Shown here: positions 41,348 to 49,687 of the stretch, piece after piece
Position numbering within the stretch: the first letter of the stretch is position 1
How the letters are laid out: every line of letters starts with the position of its first letter
Assembly (NCBI GenBank): GCA_027450205.1
Contig: DAIDJL010000002.1
Coordinates: forward strand, 7,870 to 71,869
Reading direction: 5' to 3'
From: Candidatus Parcubacteria bacterium
Lineage (GTDB): Bacteria; Patescibacteriota; Minisyncoccia; UBA6257; 2-01-FULL-56-20
Length of the DNA stretch: 64,000 nt
Made by a program: the position numbers and the translations under genes
Notes under the pieces: generated by a model
What the model was told of the DNA's origin: nothing
Databases searched by the model: none
Seen by the model: the letters and a program-made list of their open reading frames with translations, nothing else

Positions 41348-41358
41348 CGTTCCGTTTA

Positions 41359-41380
41359 TAGTTCAATATATATTGAACTA
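41359..41380. promoter_or_regulatory. Perfect 22-bp palindrome (tagttcaatatatattgaacta) 12 nt upstream of the arsR start; candidate ArsR operator.
   Basis: Exact dyad read from the sequence. Confidence 0.55.
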
Positions 41381-41418
41381 TATAGCCGAACCGACGGCGA
41401 TGTCAAGCGGGCGGGGCG

Positions 41419-41786
41419 CTAGGCCTCTCCGAAAAGATGGTAGTGATATACGATAAGGAGATAGATTCCGGCAAGCATGAAGAAACCCAGCATGCCCGCG
41501 CCGATCGCAAGCTTCGGCCCGATGCGCGGTGCAAGATAGGCCACAAGGACCATATACGGCACCCACGAAACGATGGTGCCCACGAGCACGAACCATGCGT
41601 GCGAACCCACCGCCTTCCCGCCGCTCGTCTGGCCGATGAAGATATATGCCACGAGCGTAAAAACGGGCATGAGCGTAGCGAACCCCGAAAGCAGGCGCGA
41701 ACCATTCTCTTCGAGCGCGACAATGAGTGTCGTAAAGATGCCGCCGGTCAAAAAATATACGAGATAGCTTTTCACCATTGGCCACA
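41419..41786 (-). CDS. Small integral membrane protein (4 TM segments; DoxX/GlpM-like)
   Basis: Hydropathy only. Start taken at MWPMVK, 8 nt after the PLD stop. Confidence 0.4.
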
Positions 41787-41794
41787 TATTCCTA

Positions 41795-42916
41795 TTATAG
41801 CAAAAACGGGGCCCCGCCACGCCAGTCGGCGGCAAATGTTTTCATGAGCCCCGCGATGATGCCCCGGTCTTCCGTAAGAAGGCCAAGCTCCCGATTCTCG
41901 TCAAGCGACCCCTTGGAAAAATTCTCCGAACCGACAAAAGCGCGGGCAAGCATGCTTCCGGCGTCCGCCACGACCATCTTGGCATGGATATAGAGCGGTG
42001 CATCATCCGCATCCGCATAGGTGCGCACGTGCGCACCCGCGGTCACAAGCTCGGCAAAATTCCATTTCCACTGCGACGAACCCGTCATCACCACATATAC
42101 CGCCACGCCACGCCTGGTGGCATCAATGAGCGCCTTCGTCACGTCCATATCCGCCATCTCCTCGTTATATATAGACAAGGACCTGGTTGCACTCCCGATC
42201 AGATCAAGGATCGCCGGTTCCGAGCCCGGGCTCCAAAGAAGGTCGTCGCCGGCATCGTTGGCATTGCCGCCGCGCAAAGCCATCGCCATGTCGGTCGAGC
42301 CGCTCCCCCGCCAGTCTTCTCCGAACGTATCTTCCATCGCGACAACATCACGCCGGTCGGCATCAACGATCCCGAAATCCCTGCCGGTCACGTAATACTT
42401 CGAAACCAGATTGAAGGTCATGATAAGCGCGCGTTCGCCATCAATAACAAGCGATTTTTCATGCGTCAAAGAAAAATATCCCGGCGAGTACCGCACGGGA
42501 ACGCCGTGGGCTTTCAAAAAATCGTATGCCGCCGTATACGCTGTCGGCGGCGACCCTTTATATCCGCCGTTCAAAATAACTCGCACCGCCACGCCGCGCG
42601 CATTATCCGCCGCAAGCGCTGCTTCCACCTGCGCATCATCGAGCTCGTACATCACGAGATCAAGCGATGCCTTCGCGCCGTTGATCATGGCGAGTACCGG
42701 CGCAATGCCATCGTCCGGTTCGGTGACGAGGGAAAGGCTGCCTACCGATGCGGCGTCTCTTTGATGTATATGAAATTTTTGGAAAAAAACGGGTATTCCG
42801 GCGCGAACGAAAATGGCCGCCACAATGAGGCACGATACAGCTGCGACGGCATACTTCCATTTCATCCCTGCATCGTACCATCCGCAGATTAAAGGAAGAT
42901 TAACCATAAACGCCAT
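41795..42916 (-). CDS. Phospholipase D-family protein (two HKD motifs), membrane-anchored
   Basis: HEKSLVIDGERALIMTFN and HAKMVVADAGSMLARAFVGSENFS. Confidence 0.8.
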   Translation of the reverse strand: MAFMVNLPLICGWYDAGMKWKYAVAAVSCLIVAAIFVRAGIPVFFQKFHIHQRDAASVGSLSLVTEPDDGIAPVLAMINGAKASLDLVMYELDDAQVEAALAADNARGVAVRVILNGGYKGSPPTAYTAAYDFLKAHGVPVRYSPGYFSLTHEKSLVIDGERALIMTFNLVSKYYVTGRDFGIVDADRRDVVAMEDTFGEDWRGSGSTDMAMALRGGNANDAGDDLLWSPGSEPAILDLIGSATRSLSIYNEEMADMDVTKALIDATRRGVAVYVVMTGSSQWKWNFAELVTAGAHVRTYADADDAPLYIHAKMVVADAGSMLARAFVGSENFSKGSLDENRELGLLTEDRGIIAGLMKTFAADWRGGAPFLL

Positions 42917-42982
42917 TGACTCCGCATCACGAGGTTGTTACTCTTCTTTTAGAATCATCACGTATGCCCCGGGGAGGAAAGA

Positions 42983-43192
42983 ATGCATATCTCGCATGAG
43001 TTCTACCTTGCATACCACCATTTTGACTTCCTGCTGGTGGACTATCCCGCCTTCCACGCGGGCATAGGAATAGTCGCGCTTACGGTTCTTGCGCTCGTGA
43101 TCCTCATTTTCCGCCGGCAAAAAAGAATGGAGGCTCGCCAAAAGAAAATGGAAAAATACCTTCTCCAGCTCATCGACTCAAAGGCCCTGTGA
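42983..43192 (+). CDS. Small hypothetical single-TM protein; uncertain.
   Basis: ORF with a TM segment, followed by the hairpin aggccctgtga-aat-tcacagggcct (43177-43203). Confidence 0.3.
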   Translation: MHISHEFYLAYHHFDFLLVDYPAFHAGIGIVALTVLALVILIFRRQKRMEARQKKMEKYLLQLIDSKAL

Positions 43193-43234
43193 AATCACAG
43201 GGCCTCGCCACTACCCAGCCAGACACTTAAACCA

Positions 43235-44236
43235 ATGATTGCTGACGACAAAACCGGCTTCTGGGCAACGCTCCCCCGCCCGATCATGGCACTTGCGCCG
43301 ATGGCGAACGTCACCGACGAGGCGTTCCGGCGCATGTTCGCGGAATGCGGCAAACCGGATGTCCTTTGGACAGAATTCGTCTCGGTAGAAGGGCTGCTTT
43401 CGCGCGGCCGCGAGAAGCTTTTGGCCGATCTGTGGTTCAGCACGGAAGAGCGCCCCATCGTGGCGCAGATCTTTGGTTCCAAGCCGGAACAGTTTGAGGC
43501 AATCGGACCACTCCTTAAAGAGCTCGGCTTTGATGGCATTGACATCAATATGGGCTGCCCCGACCGTGGCGTGGAAAGATCCGGCGCCGGCGCGGCGCTC
43601 ATCAAAGATCCGACGCGGGCAAAGGAGATCATCCGCGCGGCGAAGCGCGGCGCGGGCGGACTCCCCGTCTCCGTGAAAACCCGGCTCGGCTACCGCTCGA
43701 CCGAAGAAATGAATGGATGGATGACGGCGCTGTTCGAAGAAGAGCCCGCGGCGCTGGTTGTCCATCTTCGCACCCGTGCCGAGATGTCCGCCGTACCCGC
43801 CCACTGGGACATCGCCCCAAAAATAGTGGAGCTCCGGGGCAAAATTGCACCAAAAACCGTCGTTCTCGGCAATGGCGACGCCCGCTCACTTGAGGATGCC
43901 CGGCAAAAAACCAGGGAATCGGGCATGGATGGAGTGATGACAGGCTCCGGCGCCTTTGGTAACCCATGGTTCTTCTCCGGCCGGACGCCGGACATCAAGG
44001 AGCGGCTGGAACGCCTGGTCACCCATACCGAACTATTTGAAAAGCTTTACCGGAGCGACAATCCTAGAGCGATCGGCAAGGGTGGGCGGCTTAAGAACTT
44101 TGAGGTTATGAAAAAGCATTATAAGTCGTATACCACCGGATTCGACGGGTCCAAAGAACTTAGGATCCATCTTATGGAAGCAAAAAACGCCGCAGAGGTC
44201 CGTAAAATAGTCCGGGATTTCCTTAAAAAATCATAA
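43235..44236 (+). CDS. tRNA-dihydrouridine synthase (Dus family)
   Basis: TIM-barrel Dus motifs: LAPMANVTDEAFR, catalytic Cys region. Confidence 0.85.
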   Translation: MIADDKTGFWATLPRPIMALAPMANVTDEAFRRMFAECGKPDVLWTEFVSVEGLLSRGREKLLADLWFSTEERPIVAQIFGSKPEQFEAIGPLLKELGFDGIDINMGCPDRGVERSGAGAALIKDPTRAKEIIRAAKRGAGGLPVSVKTRLGYRSTEEMNGWMTALFEEEPAALVVHLRTRAEMSAVPAHWDIAPKIVELRGKIAPKTVVLGNGDARSLEDARQKTRESGMDGVMTGSGAFGNPWFFSGRTPDIKERLERLVTHTELFEKLYRSDNPRAIGKGGRLKNFEVMKKHYKSYTTGFDGSKELRIHLMEAKNAAEVRKIVRDFLKKS

Positions 44237-44290
44237 AATTTGAGGTTGCCAAGCCCGGGGTCATGCCTTCCGGCACCCCGGCCCGGCCGA

Positions 44291-44319
44291 TTGACTTCCT
44301 GGAGAGGGTCTGCTAGTAT
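44291..44319 (+). promoter_or_regulatory. Sigma-70-like promoter (TTGACT, 17 nt spacer, TAGTAT) upstream of the 3D-domain gene.
   Basis: Hexamers and spacing. Confidence 0.4.
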
Positions 44320-44333
44320 ATAGGCACAAGTAA

Positions 44334-44816
44334 ATGAGTACTAATATATACCCCGTGAGGGGCTTTTTTATTGGGAAATTGGGCAAATTCCTGAAGGTCG
44401 CGGTGGTCGTAGCGCTTTTTGCGTACCCGGCAACCATCCAGGCAGATACGGCCATCCCCCATTCGCAAAGCACCGCTTTCGTGGCTCCATCAGCCATTGT
44501 AGCGATCCCGGACGTAAAAACCGTCTGGGTAACGGCCTATACGAGCGACCCCGCCGAGACGTCAAACCACCCCCTCATCACCGCCTCGGGCGGGATGGTA
44601 CACGATGGAGAGGTAGCGGCAAATTTCCTTCCTTTCGGAACCAGGATCCAGATTCCGTCACTTTTTGGCAATAAGGTCTTCGTGGTAGAGGATCGGACCG
44701 CCGCGAGGTTCGGCGGCCGGGTGGACATATGGATGCCTACCGTCAGTCAAGCGGTCAACTTCGGCATTCAACACGCCAAAATCGTCATTCTCGACCAGAA
44801 TCTGGCGATACAGTAA
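44334..44816 (+). CDS. 3D-domain (MltA-like) secreted protein
   Basis: Signal peptide; 3D motif DGEVAANFLPFGTRIQIP...VEDRTAA...VDIWM. Confidence 0.7.
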   Translation: MSTNIYPVRGFFIGKLGKFLKVAVVVALFAYPATIQADTAIPHSQSTAFVAPSAIVAIPDVKTVWVTAYTSDPAETSNHPLITASGGMVHDGEVAANFLPFGTRIQIPSLFGNKVFVVEDRTAARFGGRVDIWMPTVSQAVNFGIQHAKIVILDQNLAIQ

Positions 44817-44825
44817 AATAACTGG

Positions 44826-45425
44826 GTGTCACGGCAACTCTTTCGGTTCCTTATTCAATACAAATACGCGATTCTCTTCCCTATCGCCACGCTCGAGGGA
44901 CCTATTATCACATTGGCGTCCGGATTCCTCGTCTCGCTTGGCATTTTAAGTTTCATACCCACCCTTTTGATAGTGTTCTCCGGAGACTTGATCTCTGATT
45001 CCTTTTATTATTCTATGGGAAAACGCGGGAGGAAATTCGTCGAACGCATAAAATTCCTCCACATTTCCGATGAGCGCCTTAAAAAGGTGGAAAAGCATTT
45101 CGAAAAGCATCCGGGTAAGACGTTCATCGTCAGCAAGGCTTCCTACGGCGTTGGGTCGCTTTTCCTTATGGCCGCCGGCGTATCAAAGATGAGCTATCAA
45201 AAATTCCTGGAGTATATCACGCCGCTAAATGCCATCCGCTCAACCATATTGCTCCTTGCCGGGTACTATTTGGGCACGGCGGTACGCTATTCCGGGACAT
45301 ATCTTGCCTATTATACCGCCGGCGTCGTTGTCCTTTTGCCGGTCGGATATTATATAATCAAGAAGCTCAGAGAATTTCATCTACTAGAAGGAAAGGAACC
45401 GGACGAAGAGCCGGAAATTCTATGA
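44826..45425 (+). CDS. DedA/SNARE-associated family membrane protein
   Basis: DedA signature with the G-rich re-entrant loop. Confidence 0.8.
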   Translation: MSRQLFRFLIQYKYAILFPIATLEGPIITLASGFLVSLGILSFIPTLLIVFSGDLISDSFYYSMGKRGRKFVERIKFLHISDERLKKVEKHFEKHPGKTFIVSKASYGVGSLFLMAAGVSKMSYQKFLEYITPLNAIRSTILLLAGYYLGTAVRYSGTYLAYYTAGVVVLLPVGYYIIKKLREFHLLEGKEPDEEPEIL

Positions 45426-45844
45426 AAAATATATTAAAAGGGTTCAAAGAGTTCGTTTTGCGCGGAAGCGTGGTGGATCTTGCCGTCGGCGTCATGATCG
45501 GCGCGGCATTCAATGGCGTCGTTACGGCACTCGTAAAGGACCTTATGACCCCGCTCATCGCGGCCATTTTTAAACAGCCCAATTTTTCCACGTTCTTCTT
45601 TACGGTTAACGGTAGTCAGTTCCTCTATGGCGATTTTATCAATAACCTGATTTCATTCCTGATCACGGCCGCAACGATCTATTTCTTTATCGTGATCCCC
45701 ATCAACAAACTGAGCGGCATACGCAAAGGCCCGCCGCCCGAGGCGACCACCAAGACGTGCCCCGAATGCCTAAGCAGCATCCCCGCCAAAGCGAACCGCT
45801 GCGCATATTGCACGAGCATACAGCCGACACGGGAAAAGAAGTAA
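45422..45844 (+). CDS. mscL: Large-conductance mechanosensitive channel MscL with a C-terminal CxxC...CxxC zinc-ribbon tail
   Basis: N-terminal FKEFVLRGSVVDLAVGVMIGAAF; C-terminal CPECLSSIPAKANRCAYC. Confidence 0.8.
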   Translation: MKNILKGFKEFVLRGSVVDLAVGVMIGAAFNGVVTALVKDLMTPLIAAIFKQPNFSTFFFTVNGSQFLYGDFINNLISFLITAATIYFFIVIPINKLSGIRKGPPPEATTKTCPECLSSIPAKANRCAYCTSIQPTREKK

Positions 45845-45900
45845 CGTTTAGCGGCTGGCGCACGTTACAAGGATGAGTCTGCATGAAATAATATAAGATC

Positions 45901-47697
45901 ATGGCACCATCCCGATCCGGCAAGTCAGGCCTTAGCCGTGATACTTTTTTCAGCGGCGCCGCGATCATCGCACGGCAGTTGCGCCCGTATAAAAAAATGC
46001 TCATCTGGCTGAGCATTTTTGGGCTGCTGAACGCAACCGCGCAAGCGTTCGTTCCGCTCATCTCCGGAAAGATCTTCGATGCGATCGTCAAAATCTCGCA
46101 GGATCCGGCGTCGGTGCTCATGCCGTTCATCATCCTTCTCGTCGTCTGGACGATTTTGCAGGTCGCGAGCAACGTGATCAGCTGGTGGACCAGCTTTCAA
46201 AACGACAAGCTAAGCACCATTCTCCATACCGAATATACCGCGGAGGGATTCGGCAGGCTGTTCGAGATGCCGCTCGCATTTCACACCCTTCAAAAACAGG
46301 GTGACGTGAACGACCGCATCCAACGCGCCGCCAACTGGCTGGACCAGATCGTGGGCAATGTATTGCTCTCGCTCCTGCCAAGCTTCCTAAGCATCGCAGT
46401 GGCGCTCGTCATCACCTTTATCGTCAATTGGCAGCTCACACTCGTGCTCGTGGCGGCCATCATTATTTATGCCGGCGTCCTTTGGAGTGCCGTTCCGCGC
46501 CTGTCGGGCCTCCAAAAACGCATGCACCGCGCATGGAACCGCGCGTACGGCGATTCGTATGACGCACTCGGCAACATCCGCGAGATCAAGCAGGCAGCAA
46601 CAGAAAAGCAGGAAAAAAAGAAAGTTCGCGTGAATTTCGTCAACCGCGCCGCACAGTTCTGGATCGATCTCAACACCGTCTTCGCCCGCCTGTCGTTCGC
46701 GCAAAAAATGCTCGTGTCGCTCACCCAGCTTTCCATTTTTGTCATCTCCATTTTCTTCGTGCGCAACGGCACGCTCACGCCGGGCGGGCTCGTAGCATTC
46801 AACGGATATGCGGCGATGATCCTCGGCCCGTTCGTCCTGCTCGGCCAGCAGTGGCAAACGATCCAAAACGGCCTCGTGGCGATCGTGCGCGCGGACAAAC
46901 TGCTCGCGATGCCGATCGAAACATACACACCGGACGGCGGCATATCCCTTGCAAAGCTCGCCGGCGACGTTGAGTTCCGCGCCGTGCGCTTTGCATATAA
47001 GAGCAACAATGAAACGCTCAAAGGCATCTCATTCCACGCGCGGGCAGGGCAGAAGATCGCTTTGGTCGGCGAGTCGGGCGTCGGCAAGACGACGATCATC
47101 GATCTGCTCTCCGGATTTTATTTCCCACAACGCGGAAAGATTTTCATCGACGGTATTGATATCAAAAAGATGAATCTGCGCGATTACCGTTCGCGCATCG
47201 GCACCGTGCCGCAGGAGCCGACGCTCTTCAACGACACGATCGAGGCAAACATCCGCTACGGCAATCCCGGCAAATCGTACGATGAGATGGTGGCAGCATG
47301 CCGCGATGCCTACGCGCAGGAATTCATCGAGGCGTTCCCCAAAAAATATAAAACGGTCGTCGGCTGGCGCGGGGTCAAGCTCTCCATCGGACAGAAGCAG
47401 CGCATCGCGCTCGCCCGTGCGTTCCTGCGCGCGCCGGATATCCTGGTCTTGGACGAGCCTACCTCCGCGCTTGACGCAAAATCCGAGCACCTTATCAAGG
47501 CATCATTCGAAAAGCTGATGCGCGGACGCACCACATTCATCATCGCGCACCGGCTCTCCACCGTCCGCGAGGTGGATCTGATCCTGGTTTTAAAGAACGG
47601 CGAGATCGCGGAGCAGGGCAGCCATGCTGAACTGATGAAGTTGCCCGGCGGCGTCTACCGCGAATTATACGAAATGCAGGCGGGGTTTGGCGGGTAA
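45901..47697 (+). CDS. ABC exporter, fused permease plus ATPase (MsbA-like)
   Basis: Six TM segments, Walker A GESGVGKTT, signature LSIGQKQR, Walker B ILVLDEPTSALD. Confidence 0.9.
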   Translation: MAPSRSGKSGLSRDTFFSGAAIIARQLRPYKKMLIWLSIFGLLNATAQAFVPLISGKIFDAIVKISQDPASVLMPFIILLVVWTILQVASNVISWWTSFQNDKLSTILHTEYTAEGFGRLFEMPLAFHTLQKQGDVNDRIQRAANWLDQIVGNVLLSLLPSFLSIAVALVITFIVNWQLTLVLVAAIIIYAGVLWSAVPRLSGLQKRMHRAWNRAYGDSYDALGNIREIKQAATEKQEKKKVRVNFVNRAAQFWIDLNTVFARLSFAQKMLVSLTQLSIFVISIFFVRNGTLTPGGLVAFNGYAAMILGPFVLLGQQWQTIQNGLVAIVRADKLLAMPIETYTPDGGISLAKLAGDVEFRAVRFAYKSNNETLKGISFHARAGQKIALVGESGVGKTTIIDLLSGFYFPQRGKIFIDGIDIKKMNLRDYRSRIGTVPQEPTLFNDTIEANIRYGNPGKSYDEMVAACRDAYAQEFIEAFPKKYKTVVGWRGVKLSIGQKQRIALARAFLRAPDILVLDEPTSALDAKSEHLIKASFEKLMRGRTTFIIAHRLSTVREVDLILVLKNGEIAEQGSHAELMKLPGGVYRELYEMQAGFGG

Positions 47698-47822
47698 GAA
47701 TAAAAAAAGGCCACCAGGATGCATAACAGGTGGCCAGCGGAGGATGAAGCCTCATCTCCGTGAGGCCCAAGATCATTATACATAAAATCGCCGCAGTGTA
47801 AATTCGGGCTTCCCCGCCCCGC

Positions 47823-48362
47823 TTACGAGGCTTTCTCCAGCCCTTTTCTGCTCTCCATTAAAAGCCAATGCACGAACCACGCACAGAGCAATCCGATCGC
47901 CGCACCGCCAGCGATATCCAGCGGCCAGTGCACGCCGACATAGATGCGCGCGACGCCCATGATCGTCGCAAGCGCAAAGAACCACCATCCCCACTTGCGA
48001 TTGGCATACCAGACCACGAACGCAAGAGCGAAGAACCATGCGGCATGCCCCGATGGGAACGACCACCCGCTTTCGGAAATGAGCGGTGTAAAACCATAGA
48101 AAACGAACGGCCGCGGATGATGATAAAAGAAATGGATGGCCTCGGTCACCAGTCCGCGCGCGAGGATGATCGCAAGCGCCCCTTCGGAAAAAAGATATAC
48201 CTTCCGCCGCCACCCATTTTGATAGTATACGAGCACAAGGAATGCGAGCACCAGAAGATACGGCAGATATTCCGCAAAAAATATCCCGAGCACATTCCAA
48301 AACGCATTACGATGTCCGGCGGCATAAATGAACTGGAAGGCCGCCTGATTGAAAGAAAACAT
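47823..48362 (-). CDS. PAP2-family phosphatase
   Basis: PSGHAAWFFALAF and GVHWPLD motifs. Confidence 0.8.
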   Translation of the reverse strand: MFSFNQAAFQFIYAAGHRNAFWNVLGIFFAEYLPYLLVLAFLVLVYYQNGWRRKVYLFSEGALAIILARGLVTEAIHFFYHHPRPFVFYGFTPLISESGWSFPSGHAAWFFALAFVVWYANRKWGWWFFALATIMGVARIYVGVHWPLDIAGGAAIGLLCAWFVHWLLMESRKGLEKAS

Positions 48363-48430
48363 ATCTGTTCATTATAACAGATAAGCAAGCCATATTCATG
48401 AGATGATCTCTTTTATATGTAATGTAATAA

Positions 48431-48519
48431 GTAGAAAAAGAACAGACCCTACCTTTTTTGACGGTCACGTTCCTACGTGGCATTTCCGTCAAAAAAGGTA
48501 GGGTCTGTTCTTTTTCTAC
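48431..48519. repeat. 34-bp perfect inverted repeat with a 21-nt loop (the loop is itself palindromic, cacgt..acgtg), overlapping the rpsR stop codon.
   Basis: 48431-48464 is the exact reverse complement of 48486-48519. Confidence 0.9.
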
Positions 48520-48731
48520 TTGCGGACGTACGGAAGCAGTGCCATGAACCTTGCCTGCTTGATCGCAGTAGAAAGCTTGCGCTGATGCTTCGCGCAGATA
48601 TGCGTGTGGCGCGGGTCGATGATCTTTGCCTGGCTCGAAACGAACCGGCGCAAAAGGTCGATCTCCTTGTAGTCGATGTTCTTTAAGTTCTGCGAGCAGA
48701 AAAAGCACTGCTGGGCTGTCGTGGGTGCCAT
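48516..48731 (-). CDS. rpsR: 30S ribosomal protein S18
   Basis: IDYKEIDLLRRFVS...AKHQRKLSTAIKQARFMALLPY matches the S18 consensus. Confidence 0.8.
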   Translation of the reverse strand: MAPTTAQQCFFCSQNLKNIDYKEIDLLRRFVSSQAKIIDPRHTHICAKHQRKLSTAIKQARFMALLPYVRK

Positions 48732-48747
48732 AATTATCGTGTGTTAT

Positions 48748-49320
48748 TTATACTTTTCTTACTTGGAGTGAATCAAGTTCTACCGCAGTATCCCGTCCGA
48801 AGATGGGCACCAAAACCTTGATACTGCCCTTCTCTTCGTTCACTTCGGAGATCTTGCCGTCGTATTCCTTGAACGGACCGTCGGTTATTTTTACCAGATC
48901 ACCCACCTTTAAGTCAAGGATCATCTTCTTGTCGCCCTCGCCGGTGCGCGCAAGGAGGAAGTCCACCTCATCCTTGGAAAGCGGCGTTGGTGTGGTGTTA
49001 TCCGGGCCGACAAAGCCCGTCACACGCGGCGTGTTACGCACTACATACCACGAATCCTCGGTAAGGATCATCTCCACGAGCACATAGCCCGGATAGATCT
49101 TTTCTTCAACCGTCGTGCGCTTGCCCGCCTTCACCTTTATTTTCTTCTCTTTCGGGACGAGAATGTTAAAAATTTTATCGCCCATCGCAAGGGATTCAAC
49201 GCGCTGCGTAAGATAACGCGAAACCGCTTCTTCATAGCCGGAATACGTCTGCACGGCGTACCACTGACGTACTGCCTGTTTTTCGTTTTGGGTTCCTGAG
49301 CTGGGATGGTTCAATGCCAT
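48748..49320 (-). CDS. nusG: Transcription antiterminator NusG
   Basis: NGN domain plus KOW (KVGDLVKITDGPFKEYDGKI). Confidence 0.9.
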   Translation of the reverse strand: MALNHPSSGTQNEKQAVRQWYAVQTYSGYEEAVSRYLTQRVESLAMGDKIFNILVPKEKKIKVKAGKRTTVEEKIYPGYVLVEMILTEDSWYVVRNTPRVTGFVGPDNTTPTPLSKDEVDFLLARTGEGDKKMILDLKVGDLVKITDGPFKEYDGKISEVNEEKGSIKVLVPIFGRDTAVELDSLQVRKV

Positions 49321-49337
49321 GAATCTACCTAATTATA

Positions 49338-49526
49338 TTACTGCAGAATAAAATTCTTTATCAAGAACGAGAAAAGATAATCGAACGCGCCCAAAAATAG
49401 CGCAAGGCCGACCGTGATGCCGATGACGATAAGGGTGAGGCGGGTCGCCTCCTGGCGCGTTGGCCAGTTGACGTGACGCAGTTCAGTGCGCGCCTCGCTG
49501 AAGAATTTTTTCATCCAAGAAAACAT
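49338..49526 (-). CDS. secE: Preprotein translocase SecE
   Basis: Small single-TM protein immediately upstream of nusG. Confidence 0.75.
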   Translation of the reverse strand: MFSWMKKFFSEARTELRHVNWPTRQEATRLTLIVIGITVGLALFLGAFDYLFSFLIKNFILQ

Positions 49527-49687
49527 GGCTGCATTATATTTTTGCCGATTTTTCTAATTAAAATACCGCTATACTCGCGGCGGGAGGTATGAAGAGTATA
49601 GCACGGAAAAGGCGCGGGCGTCAACCGGTATTGCCGATGGCATATGCCCGAACAAAATAGGAACACAGCCCGAGCCCGCCGGTGGGG

